This document shows positions 7,991-15,673 of a DNA stretch of 45,401 nucleotides, one piece after another. The notes under the pieces were generated by a model. The model saw nothing but the letters and a program-made list of their open reading frames with translations, was not told the origin of the DNA and ran no database searches. The DNA comes from a virus: IMG/VR virus record IMGVR_UViG_3300045988_114473; one strand, given 5' to 3'. The position numbers and the translations under genes were made by a program. The first letter of the stretch is position 1; every line of letters starts with the position of its first letter.

Positions 7991-8409
7991 TCGTCTTCTT
8001 CCTTTCCCAGCACAGCATCAAGCACGCGCAGCACGGCCCAAATCGAGCGGACGGTAACGCTGGCTGTGTCACGGCTCTCCATAAACAACATCTTGAGGTA
8101 CGGGTTCACGCCCGGCGTGGACTCCACAAGCGCCAGCTTCGCGGCCTTGGCTCTCGTCGTCGCGTCCTTGCCCGTGGGTCCGAAAGACAGCCGCCCGATT
8201 TTCCTCTGACCCGCAGCTCTGCGCAAATACCAACGCGCTTTGCGCAGGTCGAGTTCCATGCTGTTGCCTTCCTTCTTGCCCGCGCGGAAAAGATACTTCA
8301 TGGCCGAGCCGAGCGCAAACGGGTAGTGCTCAATCAGATCGATGGGCTGATACCCGTCGCGCCCGCACGCTTCATAGTGCTTGGGGTGGTTGACAATGTC
8401 TTCACTCAT
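7987..8409 (-). CDS. DUF3310-family phage protein
   Basis: It has the N-terminal NHPKHYE...PIDLIE...GSAMKYLFRAGKK...DL.KA.WYL pattern typical of DUF3310, and a strong AAGGAG Shine-Dalgarno. Confidence 0.7.
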   Translation of the reverse strand: MSEDIVNHPKHYEACGRDGYQPIDLIEHYPFALGSAMKYLFRAGKKEGNSMELDLRKARWYLRRAAGQRKIGRLSFGPTGKDATTRAKAAKLALVESTPGVNPYLKMLFMESRDTASVTVRSIWAVLRVLDAVLGKEEDE

Positions 8410-8421
8410 TTTCTTTCTCCT

Positions 8422-8583
8422 TTACTTATAAATAAACGCGCTGATGAGGAAGGATAAAACTGTCAGCACGGTGGCAAGTGCGAAACAACCATCATCCTTC
8501 GTGGCAAGCGCCCAAACTAGAATGGCAACGGCAAGCACCACGATAACGTGATACATGAAAAGGCTTATTCCCGTTAACATCAT
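8422..8583 (-). CDS. Small two-transmembrane membrane protein (53 aa), below the ORF-track threshold
   Basis: AAGGA Shine-Dalgarno 4 nt upstream of ATGATG. Translation is MMLTGISLFMYHVIVVLAVAILVWALATKDDGCFALATVLTVLSFLISAFIYK. It overlaps the 3' end of ORF 8492..8806 in another frame. Confidence 0.4.
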   Translation of the reverse strand: MMLTGISLFMYHVIVVLAVAILVWALATKDDGCFALATVLTVLSFLISAFIYK

Positions 8584-8806
8584 TTTTCCTTTTCAGATAG
8601 TTCGTTTGACAAGTCCTCGACGCACTCTTTGAACTCGGTCGCGTCAGCAGCCCGGCCTCCATAGCTATCTCCATCGTCGTCAGCACGCGATCAATTGCCT
8701 TGTAGCGAAAGTAATTCGTAACGGTTGAATCCACAACCATGCCTACGCACACCAAAGCCAAAGTCCCAAAGAAGTACAGCAGTAGCTTTACACTGATGTC
8801 GTCCAT
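8492..8806 (-). CDS. Hypothetical protein with an N-terminal transmembrane segment (3' extent uncertain)
   Basis: GGGAG Shine-Dalgarno. The N-terminus is KLLLYFFGTLALVCVGMVV. The C-terminal roughly 30 aa look non-protein-like and overlap the 53-aa ORF. Confidence 0.4.
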   Translation of the reverse strand: MDDISVKLLLYFFGTLALVCVGMVVDSTVTNYFRYKAIDRVLTTMEIAMEAGLLTRPSSKSASRTCQTNYLKRKNDVNGNKPFHVSRYRGACRCHSSLGACHEG

Positions 8807-8809
8807 GCT

Positions 8810-9043
8810 CTACTCCCACGCCTCGTTCTTTTTTCGCCAAACCTCTTTCACCATCCAGTCAAGGTCTTTGGCAAACGATTCCGCCTCATTAGTCCCCATG
8901 CGTATCTCTACCTCTCCGTCCTCGTTCACCTCTCCGGACAGGAAAAACATCCGGTCGTTTTCGATAATAGCTCCCGCATCCGCGTCTTGTACACGCACTT
9001 TAACGAACAGCCTCGGCGTTGCATTTTTGTCGCTAAGTTTCAT
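8810..9043 (-). CDS. Hypothetical protein
   Basis: 77-aa ORF whose start overlaps the helicase stop. Confidence 0.55.
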   Translation of the reverse strand: MKLSDKNATPRLFVKVRVQDADAGAIIENDRMFFLSGEVNEDGEVEIRMGTNEAESFAKDLDWMVKEVWRKKNEAWE

Positions 9044-10434
9044 TTATTTTCTCCTTTCATAGCATCGAGCAAAAGCTCTTGAATGCTCTTCTTTGTATCA
9101 ACCCTTGCCATAACCATCTCATCGACGGTTCCTCGGGCTACTATGTTGTAGATAAACACAGGTCTGTCATGTCCTGCTTGATGCTGTCGGGTCGGACCGA
9201 TACGCTCCGTGATCTGCATCTTGGCTTCCAAGTCCCACCAATGGCTGAAGAAAACAAGGATGTTTCCTCCGTCCTGCAGGTTGAGCCCGTGTCCCGCTGA
9301 CTGCGGGTGCGCTAACAACAACGGGATTCTACCCTGATTCCACTCTTGAATAGTATTGGGGTTTTTATCTAAGAGCCTTGCCTGCGGGAAAGCCCTAAGC
9401 AGCCGCTCCGCATCCGGCTTCCAATGGTAGGCCACGAGGATAGGAGCTCCGGCGGCCTCTTCCACGATCGACTTAAGCGCTTCGATCTTGGCGTCGTGCA
9501 GCTCGTGCCACTCCCCGTCCGCATCGTAGATCGCGCCCGATGCGGCCTGCAGGCACTTCATGGTCTTGGTCGCCGCGTTGAACGCCTCGATCTCAACACC
9601 CTCAAGCTCCGTAAACATTTCACGCTGCAACTCGTTGTAGACCCTCTTCGCCTTCGGCGGCAAGTCCACGTAGACGTTTGTCACGATAGGGTCTTTCAAC
9701 GGGAAATAGTCCTCTGCCTTTACGGTCAAGCACAAGTCCGCCATCTTTTTCTGGATCTCATCCTGAGACCATTCGCACGGAACCCACTTGACGGCGAACG
9801 CATCCGACCCAACCTTGATCGGACGGAACCACCGGTTTTGAAAGCGGCTGAACGACTTGGTAAGACGCTCGCCCTTGTCGAGAAACCATGCCTGACCCCA
9901 CAGGTCCATCAACCCGTTTGGTGCGGGCGTGCCCGTAAGCTCCACAAAGCGCTCGGCGTGGAAAGCAACTGCCGCAAGTGCCTGAGCGCGTACGCCTCCG
10001 CTCCGTGTGCGATAGGACTTGAGCCTCGTTGACTCGTCCGCCACGATGATCTTGAATGGCCATTTGCCCGTTGTGTCCTTGAGCTCATGCAGCAGCCACA
10101 CGATGTTCTCATAGTTCATCGTGTAGATGTCCGCAGGAGTGTGCAGGGCTGCACGACGCTGTTCAGCCGAACCGATGATAGGTGAAACCCTAAGATGCGA
10201 TAGCTCCGCCCACTTCTTCACTTCATCCGGCCACGTGCTCTGCGCCACGCGCAAAGGGGCCAAGACAAGCGCAGGCGTAATATCGAACACGGCGTTCAGA
10301 TACGAGAGGGCAAAGAGCGTAGAGCTTGTCTTGCCCATACCCATGCCGGCCCAGACTGCACATCGCGGCGTCTCTATTATGTGGCGGATGATGTCCCGTT
10401 GATAGGGGCGGGGAGAAAAACTACGGGGAGGCAT
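9040..10434 (-). CDS. SNF2/DEAD-like superfamily II helicase
   Basis: Walker A GMGKTSST, DEST box, TGTPAPNGLMDLW, and helicase-C motif QSAGHGLNLQ. Confidence 0.9.
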   Translation of the reverse strand: MPPRSFSPRPYQRDIIRHIIETPRCAVWAGMGMGKTSSTLFALSYLNAVFDITPALVLAPLRVAQSTWPDEVKKWAELSHLRVSPIIGSAEQRRAALHTPADIYTMNYENIVWLLHELKDTTGKWPFKIIVADESTRLKSYRTRSGGVRAQALAAVAFHAERFVELTGTPAPNGLMDLWGQAWFLDKGERLTKSFSRFQNRWFRPIKVGSDAFAVKWVPCEWSQDEIQKKMADLCLTVKAEDYFPLKDPIVTNVYVDLPPKAKRVYNELQREMFTELEGVEIEAFNAATKTMKCLQAASGAIYDADGEWHELHDAKIEALKSIVEEAAGAPILVAYHWKPDAERLLRAFPQARLLDKNPNTIQEWNQGRIPLLLAHPQSAGHGLNLQDGGNILVFFSHWWDLEAKMQITERIGPTRQHQAGHDRPVFIYNIVARGTVDEMVMARVDTKKSIQELLLDAMKGENK

Positions 10435-10741
10435 CGCACGCCTCGTTGTTTGGTCTACGCATGAGGCGCGAAGTCTTCAGCTCGTTTTCGATGGGCTCCA
10501 AGTCACCGTCTGATACGAACACATCGAACCCTGCGACTCTCAGCCGTTCATGCTCCCGTACCTGCTCCGGACGGGGCTTCTCGCCGGGCGCTTTCACCTC
10601 AACGAAGAAGTGGTGTCCCGGCATCAGCACCAACAGATCGGGCGCACAGCGACGCCCGCTCCACTCGACCTTGCGAACCTCGCCCCCGTACGACTTGACG
10701 AGGGCCTTGATCCGCTGCACAACCTTAGCTTCGGGCGTCAT
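10421..10741 (-). CDS. VRR-NUC domain nuclease
   Basis: PDLLVL...FFVEVKAPGEKPRPEQ is a PD-(D/E)xK core typical of VRR-NUC. It is adjacent to the SNF2 helicase, as in many phages. Confidence 0.8.
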   Translation of the reverse strand: MTPEAKVVQRIKALVKSYGGEVRKVEWSGRRCAPDLLVLMPGHHFFVEVKAPGEKPRPEQVREHERLRVAGFDVFVSDGDLEPIENELKTSRLMRRPNNEACDASP

Positions 10742-11073
10742 GCGTTGCCCTCCGGCTGCCTTTCTTCCAGACCGTCTTCGTCCTCTTCGCCGGTAGCGGA
10801 TATGTTCTGTACGCCGATGTACTTACAAGCCGCCAGTAGGGCCATGTCATTGACAACACGGTCGGGGTTCAACGGATTATTAACCATGAACTCGGCCGCC
10901 GCCTTTGCGATCTTATCGTCCTTAAGCACATAGCACAGAGCTATTAGCGCCGCCGCAAGTGCGTCTACGCGGTGGCCGCACTCTTCACTCTTCGCGTAGC
11001 TGAGCGCCGCTACAATGTCGCGGTGCATACTATCGCACTTAAAAAGAAATTCGGCCACATTCATCTTTTCCAT
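10738..11073 (-). CDS. Hypothetical protein
   Basis: 111-aa ORF with an AAGGAG Shine-Dalgarno 7 nt upstream and an acidic C-terminus. Confidence 0.55.
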   Translation of the reverse strand: MEKMNVAEFLFKCDSMHRDIVAALSYAKSEECGHRVDALAAALIALCYVLKDDKIAKAAAEFMVNNPLNPDRVVNDMALLAACKYIGVQNISATGEEDEDGLEERQPEGNA

Positions 11074-11258
11074 CTTTCTTCTCCTTTTAGTCGAGAGATG
11101 CGAAGGTCCATCTTGCCCATCAGAGCTTTGTAGTTGTCCGCCGACATACGAACATTATTCACGTATGAATAATACTCTGGCTTTTCATAACTATGCCATA
11201 CGGTAAAACCCTTATACCAGCCGTACCGCGCGTCTCTTTCGTCTTCAGGTTTGTCCAT
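11061..11258 (-). CDS. Hypothetical protein
   Basis: 65-aa ORF overlapping its neighbours by 13-14 nt. Confidence 0.5.
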   Translation of the reverse strand: MDKPEDERDARYGWYKGFTVWHSYEKPEYYSYVNNVRMSADNYKALMGKMDLRISRLKGEERWKR

Positions 11259-11715
11259 CTAATTCCATCCTAAGCAAAAAGTTTTCCAACTTGGATGCTT
11301 CGATGCCGTCGTGAATCTCTTTAAGCGAGCACTGCTTCACGATGGCAAGCACATACGGCATCCCCTCGTCGATGAACGGTATGTAGCGCTTGTCGTATGG
11401 CTCACCGTGGTGTAGGGCGACAAAGACTTCGGTCACCGCGCCCTCCGTCTTTTCGAGGATGTCCATGAGCGCGTCTGCATCGTTCATCTTCGGCACGAGT
11501 TGACGCGCCGTGCGCACAATAACACCGAGCGTACTCACGGTGTCAATGTCAACGGTTCCGTTGCGCATTCGCTCGATGCCGTAATGCGCCCACAGTCCAA
11601 AGTCCGTGTTCATGGCCGACACCTTCTCGGGGTTATCCACGTGCCACCAAGTGAACTCGCGCTTGTACCGACGAGGGTTGTAGTTCTTACGCGGCTTCTT
11701 ACTTTTTGCCATCAT
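11245..11715 (-). CDS. Hypothetical protein
   Basis: The ATG at 11715 shares one nt with the polymerase TGA (TGATG). It has a basic N-terminus (KSKKPRKNYNPRRYK). Confidence 0.6.
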   Translation of the reverse strand: MMAKSKKPRKNYNPRRYKREFTWWHVDNPEKVSAMNTDFGLWAHYGIERMRNGTVDIDTVSTLGVIVRTARQLVPKMNDADALMDILEKTEGAVTEVFVALHHGEPYDKRYIPFIDEGMPYVLAIVKQCSLKEIHDGIEASKLENFLLRMELDGQT

Positions 11716-14700
11716 CAATCCTTTCTGTATCGCATTGCGGTAAACCCTGCGGCCGCTAGGGGTAAACCCTCAGCCCACGGGATGTCGGTCGTCATCAATC
11801 GCGCCAAGTCCTTGTCGTCAAGGCCGAGATAATCGGGCACTTCGCAAACGATTTCATCGTGGATGTGCATAACGGGGCGCATACCTGCGTCTTCCGCATG
11901 ACGAAGCCCCGCCATCAGAATGTCACGAGCCGTCGCCTGCACGATGTTTTCGCAGTTGTGAACGATCAGCGGACCTTCCGTACCTAGCACTACGAATCGG
12001 TGCCGCGGTCCGCAGTTGAACAGGTCGTAAACCGGTTTCTCGCATCCGGCTTGTCGAACAGTCGTTCCCTCGGGCAGTTGTGCGCCAGTCGATACAGCAA
12101 CGTCGTTTTGCCAATCCCTGTTTTCTCCTCCCAGTACGTGAGCGGTTTCCCGTCGACGAACACCGTTTTCCTTTTGTTGTTGCAGTTCTCCTTTCGCGTG
12201 GCCCACCGACAGTTCTCCTTCGAGTACCCCGCGTTGTTGTCTATCCGATCTATGTCCAGACCGGACTCGTACGTAGGGCCCATGTCCCTCCAAAACGCCT
12301 CGAACGACGCGCTCCACTCGGGACACACCGTTATCCCCCGTCCGCCGTAGTTCTTCCACGCCTTGTGCGTCGGGCATTCGCACCTCTGTTTCATACTGTG
12401 CCAAACGGCCCACGCCGGATGTTTCGACATCCCGTGCGTTTTCACTCTCGACGATATGGTCTCCGCCTTCTTGCATCCGCACGAGGCCACAACCCCGCGC
12501 TTCTTCATCTTTACTAGCTCCGAGGCCGCTATTGTCTTCGCCACCCCGCAAACGCATTGGACCAGCCACAGCGAATTCTTCCCGTCCGAGCCTGCGTACC
12601 GAATAGCCGTCAGGTATCCGACACGGAAGCCTGTCATATCTTTCGCTCGATGATGCATCTTTCCAACCTTCAGTAGTAAGAACCAAATGGTCCGGCGTCA
12701 TGTACACGCCGTGCGCCTTGATTACGGGTTTAACACCCTGCATCACCGCGCCGCCCTGCGACACCCATTCTTCGCCGTCCCACACTTCGTCTTCGGATGT
12801 CACCCCCTCAATGGGAATCCATCCTCTACGGCATAGTACAGGAGTTTGTTCAGAAATACAAAGTTTACCTCCGTAGGTCTTGACGCGCTGCCACTTGCGC
12901 GTGTATTGGTCGATGCCAGCGTAGGTGAACGCACAGCGCTCATCACCGACAGGAGGACGGCAGGATGGGTAGCACAGCCCTCGACCGGAGGGAAGTCGAA
13001 CGGCAACCCAACCCTTAGCGGGACGGCACACCTTGAGCTTGGCGCCAAGCAGAACGGAGTCCCCCTCCTTCAGCGACCGCAGCATTGCCTCCTCGGTCGA
13101 AGACCAGAACTTGCGGATCGCAGGGTGCGCAGCACGCCAAGCGTTCTTGATCGCATCGCACGCGATCCACGTATTCTTCTTGAGCCCGTGCGTGAGCTTT
13201 TTCGAGAGCGCCCAATCGTATGCGTCCGAAGACTTCACCCAAAACGCATGATCGATGGCCTCGTAAACGTGCGCCGCAAGCTCATCGAGGTTGACGCCGT
13301 AGGCGGGGGCAAAGGTCAAGAACGCACCGACGCCGCCCTGATACCCTAGTCCGAGTTCAAGCACCTTACCGATCTGTCGCTGGTGCTTCGTCACGTCCTC
13401 GGCGCGAATGCCAAACGTACGGGCATAGGTCGCCTTGTACAAGTCAGGACCCTCGCCGCGATCAAAAGCCTTGAACGCCTCGATCTTCCACTTCTCGCCC
13501 GCAAGCCAAGCGAGCACGCGCCCCTCGATGTTTGACAGGTCGGCCACCACGAGCTTGTGCCCCTCAGACGCAACCACACACCCGCGGATGCAGTTCGACA
13601 AAGCGCGATTCGGATCGTCGTACAGCACGGGGACTAGATCGGACTTGATGGCGTCAATCGCCTCCTCCACCTGCGCAGGCTTCATAGTACCGCGCGGAAG
13701 GTTCTGGAATTGCACGAGACGTCCTGAATTACCTGTGACCCACACGCTCCCGTTACGGCGCACAAAGAAAAAGCCAGTCGGCGTCATCGCGCAATACACG
13801 GTTCCGTGGAAAGGCACCCGCTTGTGGCTTTCTACGCGTATATCATGCACGCCCCGCGAGTTCGTCCAAACATTTACGCAGTAGATAAGACTCCAACCTG
13901 CCTTTTTAGGCGTGCGCTCAAGCACCCGTGCTGCGCGGCCTGTTAAATGCGCCAACGCCTGCACGGTATCAGCGTTCTCTTTCACCTTAGACGAATATTG
14001 AAATGAGTTCTGCGTCGCCTCGTACGAGTCCCACCGCTTCAGCTCATCAAAGAACACGTCCGCATTCCACCGCAAAACAGCGCGCAGGTGAAACACCTTG
14101 TCAAAAGACGCGAGCCAATTCGGAACGTGCGCCCTGGCAATCGTTATCAGCGTTGTATCACCGTACACAGACTCGGTGTACAAAATGCCCGCCGCATCAA
14201 GCAAAAGCCGACACCGCTCTATTTTTCGCGTCTTTTTGAAGTGATACGTTAAGGCTCCGCCCTTGGCATAGTGCCCGTCGGCTTGCGTCATAACAAGCAC
14301 GCGCACTTTCGCATCAGCAACCGTACGTTCAGCGTTCTGGATACGCACTGCGCTTATTGGCACTGTTGAACGACGGCTCGACACCGTTGCCATCGATTCA
14401 CGAACCACGGCGCCGCCGCGCACAACAGGCATCGCGTGCTCTTCGGTCGCGGCTTGATCTATCCTCTTGTCCTGCGTTACCACAAGCGCGTCGCCGCACG
14501 GAAAAGAAACAGCGTGACTGTGCGACAGCGTGGCCGCCCTGCTCACTGGGTCGAAGACGAATATTTTTCCTCCGCCCCATTCGTCCAAGCGCACCCAGCC
14601 TTCTTCCGTAAGGACCTCATGGTCGCCCGTGAGGCAGAACCGCCCCGTACGCGAAGCGCCCATGAACTGCGTCGATCCGCGAATGCGCCCGTCCTTCCCC

Positions 14701-15602
14701 GCCGCTCTTCCCAGCGCCTTGTACTTCGCAACGGAAGCCACAGCCGACGACAAGCGAAGCGCAATGAGTTCACGCACGGGTTCGGGCAGATTTTCATCGT
14801 TGAGTCTCTTCTCAAGCGTGGCTTTCTGGAGGTTCGGCAGCGACACACCGTACATGAACAAAATGTGCTTAAGCAGTTCATCCCGCTGCATGGCCGTCTC
14901 GACAAAGCCCCCCGTGGCTTCCTGCATTTCCTTGTCGCCCTTGGCCTTCACGTAGTCGGCACACTTAAGCGCTCCAGCAACGAGCGCCATGTCGATCTTG
15001 ATGCCTCGGTCGTTTATGATCTGATCGCAGTGCCAATCCGCCCACATCTGAGGCGTGGAGTTCCACGCATAGATGCGCTTGGTCATCTCTCGCATGGCCT
15101 CTACGTCAAGGCGGCAGTAGTTGACGAAACGGGACCAATCCTCGGGCGCATTTTCCCGTGTCCATCGCTTGCCCGTTGCCGTAGGCTTGCAGAACTTAAG
15201 CACCAGACGATGGCCGTCCTTGTCTTTTGCCTTGTCCTGCGGAAGGCCGAGCACTTCGGACAGGAGGCCGAGCGCACCGGGCAGCCCCACCGAGTAGGCA
15301 AGGATCATCGTGTCCTTCCACCGTTTCGGATCGCCGAAAGGCGCACCGAGTTTGTGCTTAAGAACGTTGCGGTCGAACATCGAGTTGTGCGCGATGAAAA
15401 CCGTTTCCGGATTGTTCACGGCCTCGCGCAAATCCTCGGGCATTTCGTCTCCCGTTGTCAGGTCCCACACCTTTGCGGGCTCATTGCCCACGGCGTAGCC
15501 AAACAACGTGATCTCGGTGCTCGGGTCTTCGGCATAGCGGTACCCGCCGCACTTTTTTATGTCGCACTTAGACCACGTTTCGAGATCAACCCAAAGAAGC
15601 AT
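11715..15602 (-). CDS. Family A DNA polymerase with 3'-5' exonuclease domain, interrupted by two inteins (690-aa extein after removing 303-aa and 302-aa inteins)
   Basis: Exo motifs are VDLETWS, FIAHNSMFDRNVL and YCRLDVEAM. Pol motif A is VVADLSNIEGRVLA, motif B is RQIGKVLELGLGYQGG and motif C is MHIHDEIVCEV. The conserved RTGRF|SGR..QFQNLP and YGGKL|CENIVQATARD motifs are each split by an insert. Confidence 0.9.
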   Translation of the reverse strand: MLLWVDLETWSKCDIKKCGGYRYAEDPSTEITLFGYAVGNEPAKVWDLTTGDEMPEDLREAVNNPETVFIAHNSMFDRNVLKHKLGAPFGDPKRWKDTMILAYSVGLPGALGLLSEVLGLPQDKAKDKDGHRLVLKFCKPTATGKRWTRENAPEDWSRFVNYCRLDVEAMREMTKRIYAWNSTPQMWADWHCDQIINDRGIKIDMALVAGALKCADYVKAKGDKEMQEATGGFVETAMQRDELLKHILFMYGVSLPNLQKATLEKRLNDENLPEPVRELIALRLSSAVASVAKYKALGRAAGKDGRIRGSTQFMGASRTGRFCLTGDHEVLTEEGWVRLDEWGGGKIFVFDPVSRAATLSHSHAVSFPCGDALVVTQDKRIDQAATEEHAMPVVRGGAVVRESMATVSSRRSTVPISAVRIQNAERTVADAKVRVLVMTQADGHYAKGGALTYHFKKTRKIERCRLLLDAAGILYTESVYGDTTLITIARAHVPNWLASFDKVFHLRAVLRWNADVFFDELKRWDSYEATQNSFQYSSKVKENADTVQALAHLTGRAARVLERTPKKAGWSLIYCVNVWTNSRGVHDIRVESHKRVPFHGTVYCAMTPTGFFFVRRNGSVWVTGNSGRLVQFQNLPRGTMKPAQVEEAIDAIKSDLVPVLYDDPNRALSNCIRGCVVASEGHKLVVADLSNIEGRVLAWLAGEKWKIEAFKAFDRGEGPDLYKATYARTFGIRAEDVTKHQRQIGKVLELGLGYQGGVGAFLTFAPAYGVNLDELAAHVYEAIDHAFWVKSSDAYDWALSKKLTHGLKKNTWIACDAIKNAWRAAHPAIRKFWSSTEEAMLRSLKEGDSVLLGAKLKVCRPAKGWVAVRLPSGRGLCYPSCRPPVGDERCAFTYAGIDQYTRKWQRVKTYGGKLCISEQTPVLCRRGWIPIEGVTSEDEVWDGEEWVSQGGAVMQGVKPVIKAHGVYMTPDHLVLTTEGWKDASSSERYDRLPCRIPDGYSVRRLGREEFAVAGPMRLRGGEDNSGLGASKDEEARGCGLVRMQEGGDHIVESENARDVETSGVGRLAQYETEVRMPDAQGVEELRRTGDNGVSRVERVVRGVLEGHGPYVRVRSGHRSDRQQRGVLEGELSVGHAKGELQQQKENGVRRRETAHVLGGENRDWQNDVAVSTGAQLPEGTTVRQAGCEKPVYDLFNCGPRHRFVVLGTEGPLIVHNCENIVQATARDILMAGLRHAEDAGMRPVMHIHDEIVCEVPDYLGLDDKDLARLMTTDIPWAEGLPLAAAGFTAMRYRKD
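11955..12860 (-). mobile_element. Intein 2 of the DNA polymerase (aa 915-1216), Hint domain halves flanking an out-of-frame HNH ORF
   Basis: It starts CISEQTPVL (block A), has MTPDHLVLTTEGW (block B) and ends PVYDLFN...GPLIVHN followed by Cys+1. The middle roughly 200 codons are G/R/E-rich low complexity in this frame. Confidence 0.8.
11990..12658 (-). CDS. HNH-type homing endonuclease-like protein encoded inside intein 2 in a different reading frame
   Basis: 222-codon ORF offset by one nt from the polymerase frame. Motifs are CVCG...SCGC, YGGRGITVCPEW and IDRIDNNAGYSKENCRWATRKENCNNKR. The first His of H-N-H appears replaced (DRID). A GAAGG element lies 8 nt upstream of the ATG. Confidence 0.75.
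   Translation of the reverse strand: MHHRAKDMTGFRVGYLTAIRYAGSDGKNSLWLVQCVCGVAKTIAASELVKMKKRGVVASCGCKKAETISSRVKTHGMSKHPAWAVWHSMKQRCECPTHKAWKNYGGRGITVCPEWSASFEAFWRDMGPTYESGLDIDRIDNNAGYSKENCRWATRKENCNNKRKTVFVDGKPLTYWEEKTGIGKTTLLYRLAHNCPRERLFDKPDARNRFTTCSTADRGTDS
13728..14636 (-). mobile_element. Intein 1 of the DNA polymerase (aa 323-625) with an in-frame LAGLIDADG-like region
   Basis: It starts CLTGDHEVLTEEGW (block A), has ATEEHAM (block B TxxH) and ends TVYCAMTPTGFFFVRRNGSVWVTGN followed by Ser+1. Candidate dodecapeptide motifs are VLVMTQADGHY and FFDELKRWDSY. Confidence 0.8.
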
Positions 15603-15618
15603 GGCGTTTTCTCCTTTT

Positions 15619-15652
15619 AAAAAAGGGGCTCCGGCTTTTACACCGAAGCCCC
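15619..15652 (-). terminator. Intrinsic terminator/attenuator between the SSB and polymerase genes
   Basis: On the minus strand, GGGGCTTCGG-tgtaaaa-CCGGAGCCCC forms a 10-bp stem with one G-U pair, followed by TTTTTT and the polymerase Shine-Dalgarno. Confidence 0.6.
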
Positions 15653-15673
15653 ACGGCTCACTCAGTCAGCTTT

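Noticed and set aside
14436-15620. A 394-aa plus-strand ORF antisense to the DNA polymerase. Similar long antisense ORFs occur at 5767..6579, 25876..26661, 28818..29942, 31153..32172, 40275..41180, 42128..42904 and 43140..43973.
   Set aside because: Each lies opposite a gene with clear motifs. They translate to Arg/His/Val-rich low-complexity sequence and lack Shine-Dalgarno sequences. Such open antisense frames are expected in GC-rich DNA.
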